The notes under the pieces: generated by a model
The model's input: only the letters and a program-made list of their open reading frames with translations
Databases searched by the model: none
What the model was told of the DNA's origin: nothing
Shown here: piece by piece, positions 50,006 through 63,762 of the stretch
How positions within the stretch are numbered: position 1 is the stretch's first letter
How the letters are laid out: each line of letters opens with the position of its first letter
From: Mustelus asterias
Taxonomy: Eukaryota
DNA: 64,000 bases
NCBI RefSeq assembly: GCF_964213995.1
Contig: NC_135820.1
Location: 3,534,001 to 3,598,000, forward strand
Direction of reading: 5' to 3'
Translations under genes and position numbers: made by a program

Positions 50006-50241
50006 ATGTGCGGATGTGTGGCTGAGCTGTTGAGCCAAAAGACCAATTGAATTAAAATATGGCCAAGACCTGGCAGACACAACTTTCCATCTGATGGCGA
50101 AAGTGGAAATTCATCCTTCTCAACTTGGTATTTTGGGTAAATCCATTAATGATCAGGTTCTGTAGGTCCTGGAGAGCGGGGAAAGGCCAGAGTGAATTAT
50201 GTATCTCCTGGAGTTCTGCAATTCCGAACAACATTCTCACT

Positions 50242-51146
50242 TTAATGAGGGGAATAAACACAGATGAGAGTGAAGGGATATTTCACCGCCGTCTTCAGTT
50301 GCTCTCTGACCTTCCTCTGGGTCAGTGCATAAACAGCGGTGTTGGTGCAGGAGCTCAGGTAGAACAGCATTGTCCCGGTGTAATCCGCGATAATAACCGG
50401 GTGGTTGAAACTCGGGTAAACATGCCTGTTCGATATCTTCATCAGTAAGAAAATAACAATCTTGGTCATCCACAGAAATATAAAACTGCCCGAGACAACA
50501 AACAACAGCATGATGGACCTCCGCCTGTTGGCCACCTCTGCATCTTCTCTCTGCTCCCCCTTACTGGAAGCCCGGAGACTCCTGCGGGCTCGATTGGCCA
50601 GCACAATGTGTCTGACCGTCAGAGCGTTGAACAACAGGATCAGCAGGTAGGGGATCAATGGGTTCAGCAGGTGGTGAAGCCAGAAAAATGCCACCCATCC
50701 TGGCAAGGTGAAGGAATCTAGTCTGGTGGCACAGCCCCAGGGTACACTGCCCAATGTGCCGACGGATTGGTATCTGAAGTAAAAAGGGACGTTCCTCACA
50801 ATGTTCACCAGGGAGACGGTGGTTATCACCGCCACCGCTGCCTTCTGGGTGCAGTATCTGGCTTTCAGATTGTGGCAACAAATGGCCACATAACGGTCAA
50901 TGGTGAAAGCGATGGTGAGCCAGACGGAGCAGTCTATAGCAGCGTAGCTCAGCACAGTGACAGTGCGGCACACCGCCGTGTAGCGCAAGAATGAGAATGG
51001 GAAATACATGGTTCCAAGTAAAAGGTCTACCGCAGTGAAGAAAATGACCAGGAGATCTGCTGTCGCCATCGAGACCAGGTAGATAGCAACACCTTTACCC
51101 AGGCCGCACTTTCCCCGAGACAGAATTGCGATCGTCACCAAATTTG
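50242..51146 (-). CDS. GPR139/GPR142-like class A GPCR, exon 2 (end of TM1 to C-terminus)
   Basis: Acceptor tttctcaacttgccttccag, phase 1; ANLVTIAILSRGKCGL, YLVSMATADLL, SVWLTIAFTIDRYVAIC and SSCTNTAVY motifs; open to the stop at 50242; 324 aa when joined to exon 1. Confidence 0.92.
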
Positions 51147-51359
51147 CTGGAAGGCAAGTTGAGAAATGTTGAATGTTGAGGAGGATGATGACCCAGTGAA
51201 AATTGAGTCCTCGATAAATATTGTCACAGTGAGTTACAGTTAATACTGACCTCAGAGGCACAAATCTATGGACAACTTCTGCAATGATCTCATAGGAAAG
51301 GGTTAATTAACATAAGGGTGAAAAATACAAGAAAAATATAAGAATATAAGTGTTGTGCA

Positions 51360-52810
51360 ACAGAGGCACCTGGAGAACAATTGAAAGTGGTGTCCCAGGT
51401 GGACAGAGTGGTGAAGCAGGTGTTCAGCACACTGGCATTCATCACTCAAGGCATTGAGTTTAGGAGTTGGGACATTATGTTACAGTTGTATAAGCCGTTG
51501 GTGAGGCCACATTGGCCGTATTGTGTATAGTTTTGTTCCCCCTGATGTGGGAAAGACTTTGATAAACTGGAAAGCGTGCACAGAAGATTTATAAGGATGT
51601 TGCCAGGACTAATGAGCCTGAGGGGTTGGCCAAGCTCGGGCTTTCATTGCCTGTGAGGTAAAGTAAAGTTTATTCATCAGTGTCACAAGTAGGCTTACAT
51701 TCACACTGCAATGAAGTTACTGTGAAAATCCCCTGGTGGCCACACCCGGCGCCAGTTCAGGTCCACTGAGGGAGAATTTAGCATGGCCAATGCACTTAAC
51801 CAGAATGTTTTTTGAACTGTGGGAGGAAACCGGAGCACCCAGAGGAAATCCACACCGACACGGAACATAGCAGAATGAAATGGTGGTTGTATTGAAGTGT
51901 ATAAAATCTTGAGGGGCATAGATAGGGTGAACGCACAGAGTCTTTATTCCAAGGAAGGGGAATTGAAAAATAGAGGGTGTAGGTTTAAGGTGAGAGGGGA
52001 AATATTTAAAAGAGACCTGAGGGGCAACATTTTCGAACAGAGGGTGGTGCCAGAGGAAGTGGTTGGGACATGGCCAACAGCAACACTTATAAAGCATTTG
52101 GATATGTACATGGATAAAGTTTAACATTTAATGTTTATTTATTCGTAACAAGTAAGGCTTACATTAACACTGCAATGTGAAGTTAGTGTGAAAATCCTCT
52201 CGCCGTCACACTCCGACACCTGTTTGGGTACACTGAAGGAGAATTTAGCACGGCCAATGCACCAAACCAACACGTTTTCAGGCTGTGGGAGGAAACCCAC
52301 TCAGACACGGGGAGAACGTGCAAACTCCACACAGGCAGTGACCCAAGCCGGGAATCAAACCTGGGTCCCTGGAGCTGTGAGGCAGCAGTGCTGACCATTG
52401 AGCCACCGTGCCGCATAGATGGGAAACGATGAGTGGGATATGGGCCAAACGTGGACAATTGGGACTAGCTGGGACAGCATCATGGTCGGCATGGAGAGGT
52501 TGGGCCGAGGGACCTGTTTCCATGCTCTGTGACTCCATGAATTTAATGCAGCTGAGAATCTTGACAAGACTAATAGTGTGAAGACCTCGGCAAGAAACTG
52601 CAATATATTTTTTAAGGCTTGATCAGGCTCTGGTGAGGCCACATTTAGAATATTGGGAGCAATCTTGGGCCCCGTATCTAAGGAAGGATGTGCTGGCCTT
52701 GGAGAGGATCCAGAGGAGGATCACGCGAATGATCCCGGGAAGGAAAAACGTGGCTTATTTGGAACAGTTGAGGACTCAGGGTCTGTACTCGATGGAGTTA
52801 GAAGGATGAT
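51360..52810. mobile_element. CR1 fragments (+) interleaved with type-B SINEs (- 51660-51863, - 52130-52413), in the GPCR intron
   Basis: CR1 RT C-terminal motifs; SINE tails. Confidence 0.75.
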
Positions 52811-52819
52811 GGGACTTAG

Positions 52820-53200
52820 TCACAGCAGGTGTTGCAAAGCTGCAAGATACAGCATTACGTGAGCATACTTACTTTCTGTGCTAAGCCTGAAACCGGGACG
52901 TATGTTAGTAAAAATGTTTTGTTGGATCAGTATTTTTTTAGCTGTTAAGGTTTATACAATATCATGGTGTTTTTTTTTCTTCTTGTCTGTAATTGGTAAA
53001 ATTCATTGCTAATTTTCTTTCTATATGTTAACTGTGTTCTTAAATAAACTTTGTTTGATAAAAGCTCCCTCTTGGGTCATTTGAATCATACCAGGAGTGA
53101 AACATCTGATGCTTACCCGAGCCAAATTCAAAGTCAAATAAAACAGGGTCGAGGTGGACTTCATAAAACCTTTGTAGTTTCTGACCTGGATTAGAATAAT
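52820..53200 (+). mobile_element. Possible 3' half of a solo LTR
   Basis: T-rich R/U5-like composition with AATAAA at ~53043; boundaries unverified. Confidence 0.35.
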
Positions 53201-53329
53201 GCATTGGCTTTGATTGTTGCACTCATGTGCAGTAGGACATGAGTCAGGAATCATGGGGTGATTCAGATGAGACTGAGGAGGACATCAGGCCATAAAATCC
53301 CACGCGACCTGAGGCCAGAAATTTTTTTT

Positions 53330-55830
53330 CTAAAGTAAAGTTTATTTTTTAATCACAAGTAGGCTTACATTAACACTGCAGTGAAGTTACTGTGAAAATC
53401 CCAGACCCACCACACTCCGGCACCTGTTTGGGTACACTGAGGGAGACTTTGTCGTGGCTAATGCACCTAACCAGCATGCCTTTCGGACTGTGGGAGGAAA
53501 CCGGAGCGTCCAGAGGAAACCCACGCAGACATGGGGAGAATGTGCAAACTCCGCACAGACAATGACCCAAGCCGGGAATCAAACTCGGGTCCTTGGCGCT
53601 GTGAGGCAGCAGTGCTCACCACTGTGCCACTGTGCCATCCTCTCACCCAGGATTGTGGATTAGATTGTGTCGGTGTGTTTAAGCAATGAAGGCTCATAGA
53701 TACAGGAGCAGTAACATTAACTGTGATGGGAACAGTTCACTGAGGTACAGAATAAACACTGACAATCTCTGGAAGAGATGAACACCAAAGCGAATCTTTA
53801 TTATAACACTTCACATGATGAAACTTTCCCGCAATTCTGTAGAATTTACAATGAAAAAATGAGTTTCTGTCTCTGACGCTATTCTGAATATGTCTGAGTG
53901 CAAGAAACCAGATCACTAACTGGGTTGTGGCTATTTACCTGTCCAAAATGGGAAGCTTAGAGATCTTCTCGAATATGTGACAATTCTGTAGAATGTGTGT
54001 GAAACATGAGGCCTCCTGTGGAGGGAGCAACAGTGAGGGGTCTATGAAATATTAGACATGCACATGGGAACATCAAAAGAGGTTTCCTGAACCAGACTGT
54101 GTTTGGATTGTGGAATTCACTGTTGCAAGGCTTTTTTTGAAAGGTAAATGATTAGTGTCACAAGTAGGCTTACGTGAACACTGCAATGAAGTTACTGTGA
54201 AAATCCCCTTGTCGTCACACTCCGGCACCTGTTCGGGGAAACTGAGGGAGAATTTAGCATGGCCAATGCATCTAACCAGCACGTCTTTCGGACTGCGAGA
54301 GGAAACCTGAGCACCCGGAGGAAACCCATGCAAACACGGGTAGAATGTAATTTTAGTTTATTCATTAGTGTCACAAGTAGGTTTAAATTAACACTGCAAT
54401 GAAGTCACTGTGAAAACCAGCTAGACTCCACACTCCGGCGCCTGTTTGGGTACACTGAGGGAGAATTTAGCTTGGCCAATGCACCTAACCAGCACGTCTT
54501 TTGGACTGTGTGAGGAAACCGGAGCATCCAGAGGAAACCCATGCAGATACGGGGAGAACGTGCAAACTCCACACAGACAGTGACCCAAGCCAGGAATTGA
54601 TCCCGTGTCCCTGACGCTGTGAGGCAGCAGTGCTAACCACTCTGCCACCCTGCCACCCAAGCAAACTCCACACAGATTAACTAAGTTCATTCAAACAAAC
54701 ATTCCATTTCAATTCAATTACACGTCATGAACATTGATTTGGGCACATTGCTGTTTTAAAAATACTATTCCATATTTCTGAATAATAATGGATGGAATAT
54801 TAGCCGATCAGAGAATAACCTTCAATTAAATATGTGGTAGGAACTGTTCCAATCCATTTCAACAATCAGTCAGTGAGAACCAGCCTCATTTATATTCTCA
54901 ATCTCAAATCAAACTCCTGTTACAAGCTCCGATCGAGAAGGCCAGAGAGATTGGAACCTTGACTGTGAATGCACTCGGCATTAACATGGAAACGAGGACT
55001 GATTGTCATTGTGTATGACCCTAGGAACTTGTTTCAAAATTATTCCATCGCAAAACGTCATCAAAAATTGTTCTGCCCACCAGATACCCTTCTTGCCTCC
55101 TTCGATAGTTTCTCAACCCTGAAAGAACCTGCTTTCGCAAGGCAATGGTGCCAGGCGAGAGTTTGAAAGTTTATTTATTAGTAACACAAGCAGGCTTATA
55201 TTTACACTTAGTTATTGTGAAATCTCCGAGCTGCGAAACTCCGGGTTCTGTTCGGGTACATTGAGGGAGAATTTAGCATGGACAATGCATCTATCCAGCA
55301 TGTCTTTTGGACTGTGGGAGGAAACCGAAACACCCGGAGGAAACCCATGCAGATACGGGGAGTAAGTGCAGGCTCTGCACAGACAGTGACCCAAGCTGGG
55401 AATCGAACACGGGGTCCCTGGTGCTGTGAGGCAGCAGAGCCAATAACTGTGCCACCGTGCTGTGAGCAATGATGTAGGACTTTAAATGGAGATTAATTTG
55501 TCCGATCAAAAACTATTTCCCTTACTCCTTCTGAAAAAATTAAAATTTTCACAGTGTCTGGCATTGTTTGGATTTTATAGAGTCCATTTTAGAATCAGAA
55601 ATGATATAGCACAATAATGTTTGAAAGTGTTTTCACGTATGTTTCCTCCGGGTGCTCCGGTTTCCTCCTACAGTCCAAATGACCTGCTGGTCAGGTGCAT
55701 TGGCCATGCTGAAATTCTCCCTCAGTATATCCGAACAGGTGCCAGAGTGCGGCTACTGGGGGATTTTCACAGTAACTTCATTGCAGTGTTAATGTAAGCA
55801 TACTTGTGACACTAATAAATTAACTTTAAA
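53330..55830. mobile_element. Five type-B V-SINE-like elements (- 53330-53640, - 54140-54345, - 54355-54658, - 55165-55460, + 55640-55830)
   Basis: Heads, cores and type B tails. Confidence 0.85.
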
Positions 55831-56306
55831 CCTAAATGTTTCCCACATGTAGTGATCAACGGCTGGGAGGAGCTAATGAGTAAACCTCAGTCTGGGAGAC
55901 ATTATTGGGTTTCAGGTCATTGAGAAAAGAAGCAATGATGTTGAAATGACTGCCTCCGGCCTCACAGACCCTGATCATTCATCACAGTCCTGTAAATATT
56001 ACATTTAATCGTAATTATCCAATTCCCTTTTGGAACTTATTCTGCAATCTCCATCCAGCACCCGTTCAGATAGTGACATTATCTCATCGCACTTCACTCC
56101 CCAGTGGGAAATCACATCTCACCCTGATCCTGTCCGGAACCATGGAAAAATCTCTTTCCTGCACTTACAGAATCTTGTGACACCTGAAAACATTTCGCTC
56201 CCTTATTTCCGCGTTCATAATTTTAAACATCTCCATTCAATTACCGAAAGTGTCCTTCTGTTCTGAGGAGATTGCACAATTTGTTTAATCTCTCCGCACA
56301 CAACAC

Positions 56307-57242
56307 GGGTGCGCCGTAAGGCTGTGTCCTCAGCCCCTTATTCTACTCCTTATACACCTCTGACTGTCTGGCCAAGTTCCCCTCCAACTCGATCTTTAGG
56401 TTTGCTGATGACATCACCATAGTGAGTCGGATCTCAAACAATGACGAGACAGAGTACAGGAACAAGATAGAGAATCTGGTGAGCTGGTGCAACGGCAATA
56501 ATATCTCTCTCAATCTCTCCCTCAAAACGAAGGAGAGAGGCATTGACTTCAGGAAGTATAGTGCAGGACATGCCCCTGCCAACAGGGATGAAGTGGAAAT
56601 GGTCGAGAGCTTCATGTATTTAGGTGTCCAGTTTGCCAACAACCCGTCCTGGTCCCTCCATGCCGATGCTATGATTAAGAAAGCCCACCAACGCCTCTAC
56701 TTTCAAAGGAGGCTAAGGAAATTTGGCATGTCCACTACGACTCTCACCAACTTTTACAGATGCACCAAAGAAAGCATCCTTTCTGGTTGTATCACAGCTT
56801 GATATGGCTCCTGCTCTGCCCAAGACCGCAACAAAGAACAAAACGTCGTGAATGTAGCCCATCCATCACGCAAAACCAGCCTCCCATCCATTGACTCTGT
56901 CTACACTTCCCGCTGCCTCGGAAAAGCAGCCAACATGATCAATGACCCCATGCACCCCGGACATTCTCTCTTCCACCTTCTTCCATCGGGAAAAAGACAC
57001 AAAACTCTGAGGTCACTGACCACTGACTCAAGAACAGCTTCTTCCCTGCTGCCATCAGACTTTTGAATGGACCTACCTTGCATTAAGTTGATCTTTCTCT
57101 ACACCCTAGCTATTACTGTAACACTACATTCTGCACTCTCTCCTTTCCTTCTCTATGAATGGTGTGCTTTGTCTGTATATTGTGCAAGAACAATACTTTT
57201 CACTGCATCCCAATACATGTGACAATAATAAATCAAATCAAA
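56307..57242 (+). mobile_element. Rex/Babar-like LINE 3' fragment
   Basis: LSPLFYSLYT..RFADDIT; IDFRK; KKAHQRLYF; tail catgtgacaataataaatcaaatc. Confidence 0.85.
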
Positions 57243-57716
57243 GTTTACCATCCCTGCCGCTGTCCCAGTCAATCTCCTCTCCACCTTCCCCAAAGTCACG
57301 CGATGGAAACTTTGCATCGCCAACCCGGGTTACAATGTAATCACAGAACCTTGTCGTGCAGAAGGAGGCCATTCAGCCCATCGAGTCTGCACCGACCACA
57401 ATCCCACCAAATGCATTTACCCTGCTAGTCCCCCTGACACTAAGGGGCAATTTAACATGGCCAATCCACCAAACCCGCACATCTTTCGGACTGTGGGAGG
57501 AAACCGGAGAACCCGGAGGACACCCACACAGACACAGGGAGAATGTGCAGACTCTGCACAGACAGAATCGAACCCGGCTCCCTGTCGCTGTGAGGCAGCA
57601 CTGCTAACCACTGTGCCATCGTGCCACCCCGATCAACTAATCGATCAGCTAACTTACAATGGAATAAATACTGAACTCTGAACATCACCTTTGATGGGCT
57701 GGACAGCTGTCCTCAC

Positions 57717-57786
57717 CTGGAATAGTAACCACCGCGAGGAAATGGTAGAATCCCAGGAAGATCTGTAGAATGATTGGTCCTTGCAT
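57717..57786 (-). CDS. GPR139/GPR142-like GPCR exon 1 (MQGPIILQIFLGFYHFLAVVTIP)
   Basis: ATG at 57786, 70 nt, donor CAG|gtgagg, phase 1; joins to 51146 to give ...VVTIPANLVTIAIL, completing TM1. Confidence 0.88.
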
Positions 57787-57869
57787 TGTGGAACGATGGG
57801 TGATCTCATTCACTGACTCTGACAGACAGACTGGAGTCTGGGCTCAGATTCCCAGTCAAAAGCAGTGCC

Positions 57870-57985
57870 TGATTTATACAGGATGGTAACCCCCTGGTGG
57901 CACAATCACTGTGAGTTCATGCTCATTAAGCATATCCCCATCGCATTGTACGTTCCCTCAGCATCAACATATCCCCCTGGGAAAA
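57870..57985 (-). promoter_or_regulatory. Putative GPCR promoter: TATAAA (57878-57873), homeodomain-type TTAATGAG (57929-57922), O/E(EBF)-like CCCCCTGGGA (57973-57982)
   Basis: Homeodomain and O/E-like motifs are conserved in position in the paralogous block (34375-34383, 34428-34437). Confidence 0.45.
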
Positions 57986-58234
57986 GGAATAACGTCTGAA
58001 CAACAATCCCATTCCCCACAAACAACTCTCATGAACAATGAGGCATGTTTGTTTTTCAATCACATTCTTGAAGCACTGACATCATTTCACTTCGAGTCAG
58101 CAACTTGGAGTCCATTCCCCTCCACATGTCAGTCACTTATTGTCAGTGGAAGGATAATGACCCAGAATTTTATACACCCTTTTTCTCCCAGATTTGTGAT
58201 TAAGTCCCAGTTGGAGAAACAGTATTTGTTGAGG

Positions 58235-58632
58235 CAAACAAAAGAGAAAATGCTGGAAAATGCTGGAAAATCTCAGCAGGTCAGGCAGCATCTGTAAGGA
58301 GAGGAAAGAGCTGATGTTTTGAGTCCAGGTGAGCCTTTATCAAACAATGTCCTTTGGGGAAGGAAATCTGCCATCTTTACGTGGTCTGGCCTACATGTGA
58401 CTCCAGAGTCACAGCGATGTGGTTAACTCTCAACGACCCTCGGGCAACCAGGGATGGGCAATAAATGTTGGCCCAGCCAGCGACGCCCACATCCTGCAAA
58501 TTATTATTTTTTAAATCTGGATTTGAAACGTCAGCTCTTTTCTCCCCTTACAGATGCTGCCAGACCTGCTGAGATTTTCCGACATTTTCTCTTTTGGTTC
58601 CAGATTCCAGCATCCGCAGTAATTTGCTTTTA
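58235..58632. mobile_element. Inverted pair of 3' ends of a second Penelope-like family (58235-58345 -, 58515-58632 +) with a Deu-SINE piece between them
   Basis: gaaacgtcagctcttttctccc..cagatgctgccagacctgctgagattttcc and its reverse complement. Confidence 0.6.
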
Positions 58633-59114
58633 GCCAGTTTTTGTTCAGGTCCTGTTGTCCATTTGGAATACATTTAGGGCGGGATTTTCCAGCCACGCTC
58701 ACCCCAAAGCCGCAAAATCCCACCCAAGGTCAATGGACCTTTGGATGGTCTGCTCCCTCCGCCCCCGCCCTCCACCCGCTCCCCCCCCACCCCCAACCCG
58801 CCCCATCGCCCACTACAATTCCCATGGCCGGGGGAACGGGAAAATTCTCCCCTTGAGCTCCACTATCTCACTTTACCAAAGGCCCCTCTCTCGTGCTGCA
58901 AATACAAACCCACGCCTCGGTCAGAAACTAAGTCGATAGTTTACCTCGAGTACCTCATCTCTCCGTTTCAGGCAGCAGACTTGATCGCCTGCACAAAGGA
59001 TGGATCAAAGTTCAACCTTTTCCAGATGAGGGTGGATAGATACTTGTTGAGAAATGATGTCAAGGCAAATGGAACCAAGCTGTGTCAATGGGTAGCAGCC
59101 ATCTTCTAACTGAA

Positions 59115-59580
59115 TCTTAGAATCCCTACAGTGCAGAGAGGCCATTTGACCAATCAAGTCAACACAGTGTATCTTAACCAGGCCCTCAACATCTCTCTGT
59201 TCCTGCACCACACAGATTTCCTGGAGCTAATCCCGCAACCTAGACATCTTTTGTCACGAAGGGACAATTTTCCTCATCTGCACCTCTTTTGGCACGAAAG
59301 AACAATTTAGCATGGCCAATCCACCTAACCTGCATATCTTTGGACACTGAGGGTCAGTTAACCATGGCCAATCCCCCTGACATTAGGGTCAATTTAGCAT
59401 GGCCAACGCACCTAACCCGCATATCTTTGGACTGTGGGAGGAAACCGGAGCACCCGGAGGAAACCCATGCAAACATGGGAGAAAGTGCAAACTCCACACA
59501 GCCAGTGACCCGAGGCTGGAATTGAACCTGGATCTCTGGTGCTCTGAGGCAACAGTACTTACCACTGTGCCACCGTGCCG
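59115..59580 (-). mobile_element. HE1-like SINE with several tandem core units
   Basis: Reverse-complement head and repeated core. Confidence 0.8.
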
Positions 59581-60888
59581 GATATGGGACAAGTGCTGGA
59601 AAATGGGGTTTGCGCATCTTTAGTTGTAGACAGTGTCGGTGCAGACTTGATGGGCCGAAGGGCCTGTTCTGTGCTGTACGACTCTATGACCTTATGGAAG
59701 AAGCTAAAGGCCTCCTCGCATTTAAACAGGAATATTGACCTTAAATCATGTCACCCGTGGAGGTTACGGAACAAGTGTTGGTAAATGGGAGGAGGTTGTA
59801 TCCTCGGTCAGCACAGACATGATAGGTCGAATGGCCTTGCCTGGCGCTTTCGATTTGTACAATTAGATTTCTGTTTTTTCCATTAGGTTCACTCCTGATG
59901 AACTTCATTCCTATCCTGACATCTCCGGGATATTCCTGGCACATGGTGACAAGACAGGTCCAGAGATGGAGGTTTAGTGACTCCTGTCTGCTCCAGTCGG
60001 GATCTTCAGGCAACGAATTGTCACTTAATTTAGTCCAGAGCACATCACTGCCAATATGTTAACATAGGGCAACACGGTGGCTGGGGCGGCACGGTGGTAC
60101 AGTGGTTAACACTGCTTTCTCGCAGCGCCAGGGACCCAGATTTGATTCCCGGTTTGGATCACTGCCTCTGTGGTGTGGGAGATCTAGGGTACCAGCAACA
60201 TTAGGCACGATTAGGTACTATAGTTGATTTGGGAACAAACAGCACTGGACAGTATGAGTACTTGATCTTGCAGGCTTCAATTACTTGTGCAGAAGGAGAA
60301 ACAGACTTGCAGCCCTCGGCAGATTGTTTCTGATGTTACAAACAACTTGGCAATTACAGTTAATGACAGCAAATGGGAAACAAGCACTTCTTCTAATCCT
60401 TCATTTGCAGACATATTCACCAATCATACCCTAGCTTTTCACCCTTCCATATTTGATGAAAACTGTCTCCTGCTAATTCTTCATTTGCATAAAAGGTCCC
60501 CATATATTGCCTTTGGTATTCTGTTGTGGAAAACTCTGATTTTTCTCATTCTCGAGTAAAGGCCCAAAAACAGAATGTTTACTGGACTTAAGCAGGTGAA
60601 GATTAGCTGTTCATGCTAAATACACAAGCACTGACCCCACTGATGATTAGCATTTTCCATTGCTTGACAGGGATTTATGGAACCTTAATTTTAACAATTT
60701 AACTTCCACAGTGGAGTCTGCACCTTCTCCCCATGTCTGTGTTTCTTTCCTCTGGGTTCTCCGGTTTCCTGCCACATCCCAAAAGATGTGCTGGTTAGTG
60801 GCCATGCTAAATTTCCCCCAGTGTACCCAAACAGGCGCCGGAGTGTGGCAACTTCACTACAGTGTTAATGTATGTCTACTTGTGACAC

Positions 60889-61758
60889 TGTTACGAGGTG
60901 GAGGTTTTTTGTCCCCCTTTTGAGACATAACGCAGAATCCCCCAAAGAGGAATACCTCACCTCGTAATCTGTTAAAAATGTGTGGGAAGGTGTGAACTGT
61001 TCTTCGGTAACGTTTAGCGGTTAACGAACAGAAATACCTGACACTCACTTTAAAAAGAACACTTCACAATTTATTCATTTAACCAACAGGGAACTTTAAC
61101 TGAACAAATAACATACTGAATAAAGTAAGATTCTATTGGAATGCTTGTCCAAATAAGTACAATATCTATTCATTAACCCCCAAAAAAATACAATTCAGTC
61201 ACTCTCAAAAAAATATACAACCAGGTTTTGTGCCTTTCGGAACCTTCTGGAGTTTCTCGGTTGATTTCTCGATCTGTCAGTTCTTTTTGATTTGATATCT
61301 TTCACTGGTTAAATAGTGCCTTCTCTTAAGAGATATATAAAGCTGGCAGGATAGGGAGCTGCTCTCTCCCTATCGAGACTGGAGAGGTGGCAGTTCGATC
61401 TCCTTTTTTGCCCCTTGCACTCTCTGTTATCCCTGTGATGACCTATCCATTTTCCGACAGGAGGATTGGTCAAATTTTGTCAACATCAAATTCAAATGTT
61501 ATCGATTCTTGGTATCTGAGTGTCTGCTTTAAATTGAGAGGCTGAATTCAAAAACGTTCAAATGCCTGAAACCTGTTACCAAGGCAACTCTCTTGCCAGG
61601 CCCTGGATACAAATGTTTCAGTCTGGGACCCCATATGCACCTACATTTTAAACCTCCAAGCACTGAAGCAACACAAGTTTTTAAAGGGACCACTTAATGT
61701 TTTTTCCCTCGATCATTTTCACATTCTTTACATGTTCACAAACTCCACAAAACAATCA
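60889..61758 (-). mobile_element. Probable solo LTR inserted in a SINE tail
   Basis: TG...CA termini; interrupts gtgacac|taataaata; minus-strand AATAAA at ~61070; TSD not clear. Confidence 0.5.
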
Positions 61759-62482
61759 TAATAAATATCATGTTGCTCTATCTGGGATCTTGCTGTGCTC
61801 AGTGTTGTTGCTCAGTTATCCACAGTTCTACCAGACTGATTCCTGGGAAGGCAGGATTGATGTATGAGGAGAGATTAGGTCGGTTAAGATTGTGTTCACT
61901 GCAGTTCAATAGGATGAGGGGAGATCTCATAGAAACGTATAAAATTCCAACAGGACTAGTCAGGGTAGATCCAGGAAGGATGTTCCCGATGGTGGGGTGT
62001 GCAGAACCAGAGCTCACAGCCTAAAGGTAAGGGGTAAACCATTTAGGACAGAGATGAGGAGAAATGTCTTCACCCAGAGAGTGGTCAGCCTGTGGAATTC
62101 ACTACCACAGAAAGCAATTGAGGCCAAAACATTGTGGAGCGAATTGATCCGGTCCGCCCGCCCTGGGGATCGGAGCGGGAGAGGGGTGGATCATGGAAAG
62201 GTCCGTTGACCTTGGGTGGAATTTTCTGGTTTCAGGAGAGTGCGGCCGGAAAATCCCACTCACTATGTTTTCAAGAAGCAGCTCAATATCGCTCTTGGGC
62301 AGAAGGGGATGGAAGGATTTGTGGGGGAGGTGGGATCAAGCTTTTGGGGCAAATTCTACCATCCTACCCGGCATGGGAATCGGAGCGGGTGAGGGGCTGA
62401 CCACGGAAGCCGCTGATCTCGGGTGGGATTTTACAGTTTCTGGACGAGAGAGGCTGTAAAATCCTGCCCAGTGATTTGGATG

Positions 62483-62810
62483 ATCATAGAATCACAGAAC
62501 CCCGACAGTGCAGAAGGAGGCCATTCGGCCCATCGAGTCTGCACTGACCACAATCCCACCCAGGCCCTATCCCCGTAACTCCATGTATTTACCGTTCTAA
62601 TCCCCTGACACTCAGGGTCAAATTAGTTTGGCCAATCAACCTAACGTGCACGTCTGGACAGCGGGAAGAAACGGGAGCACCCCCAGGAAACCCACGCAGA
62701 CATGGGGAGAATGTGCAAACACCGCACAGACAGTGACCCGAGGCTGGAATTAAACTCGGGGCCCTGGCGCTGTGAGCCAGCAGTGTGAACCATTGTGCCA
62801 CCGTGCCGCC
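62483..62810 (-). mobile_element. HE1/V-SINE-like element
   Basis: Head, core and tail. Confidence 0.88.
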
Positions 62811-63664
62811 AGTTATGATCATAATGAATGACAGAGCAGCCTCGAAGGGCTGTTCCTGCTCCTATTTTTAATGTTAGAAATACTTAATTGGCTACTCAAA
62901 AAGATGTCAATATAAATTATCACGAGTGAGTTATTTATTGCGATGATACACCACTGCAGTTATTGCAACAATAAAATAGGACAATTTCATCAGGAATCAT
63001 CGTTTTTAATGTCGGGACCCTGCGTAGTCACACAATAGGTCTTCAGAGAACAAGCTGCCCATTGGGAAATTCCCATCGGATACATGGAGGGCATTGCACA
63101 CCAATCCGAAACTATTATGACCTGACTAAAATAACGTTGCAAAATCATGGACAGGAGATGAATGGGGGTTGGGGATACAAGGCAACATGGCCATTTCTGC
63201 CTCCTCCAAATCAGCTCAGGAGAAAATGTAATTGTGAAAATTTAACCAAACATTGCAGCAATCAGGATCAGTTATACTGCTGCAGTAACAATACAGTGCT
63301 GCTGTATACAGACAGAACAGCTCCGATAATAGCAAAACAAACTGCTACAATCCATAGTGAGGAAGAAGCCACACTGGACTCGAAAGGTGAACTGTTTCTC
63401 TCTTCACCAATGCTGCCAGACCTGCTGAGTGTACCCAGCACTTCCAGTTTTAAACACCATACATGAAATCTCAGTGGACCCTGACTGGAAAATGTGGGTA
63501 ATAGAAACAGAGACATTCAGTTGCAAGTATTAGAGCGATCCCATTAGACAGATGTCAATCAGGATTATCAGCGCAGAGATTTACAGCAGCACTCAGTAAT
63601 CAAAGCTTGAGGTGTGATAATTGTCCCTGACGCCCGTGTTGTCGCATTGCACCTTCAGGCGACT

Positions 63665-63762
63665 TTATACAATAATATTGATGGGCTGGAACCAAGAGGA
63701 GAATGGATCACTGTCCTGGGTCTGGGTGAGGGGTGTTTGTTTTTGTATTGCGGTCACCGTAT
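63665..63762 (-). CDS. Probable terminal coding exon of a gene entering from the right (xTVTAIQKQTPLTQTQDSDPFSSWFQPINIIV*)
   Basis: Strong branch point and acceptor tctaacatttctttatttttcag; the phase-1 frame is the longest; minus-strand AATAAA at 62939-62934. Confidence 0.45.

Noticed and set aside
49793-50082. Pro/Arg/Gly-rich ORFs
   Set aside because: Translations of the GGNN microsatellite
51147-51261. N-terminal 38 aa of the 339-aa ORF taken as the GPCR start
   Set aside because: Non-ATG start, and the stretch is intronic; a good acceptor at 51147 and a phase-matched exon 1 at 57786-57717 explain TM1 better
63268-63516. ORF with a TM-like stretch LWIVAVCFAIIGAVLSV
   Set aside because: Partly overlaps a Penelope-type remnant (63360-63450), has no splice or start support, and lies in a probable 3' UTR
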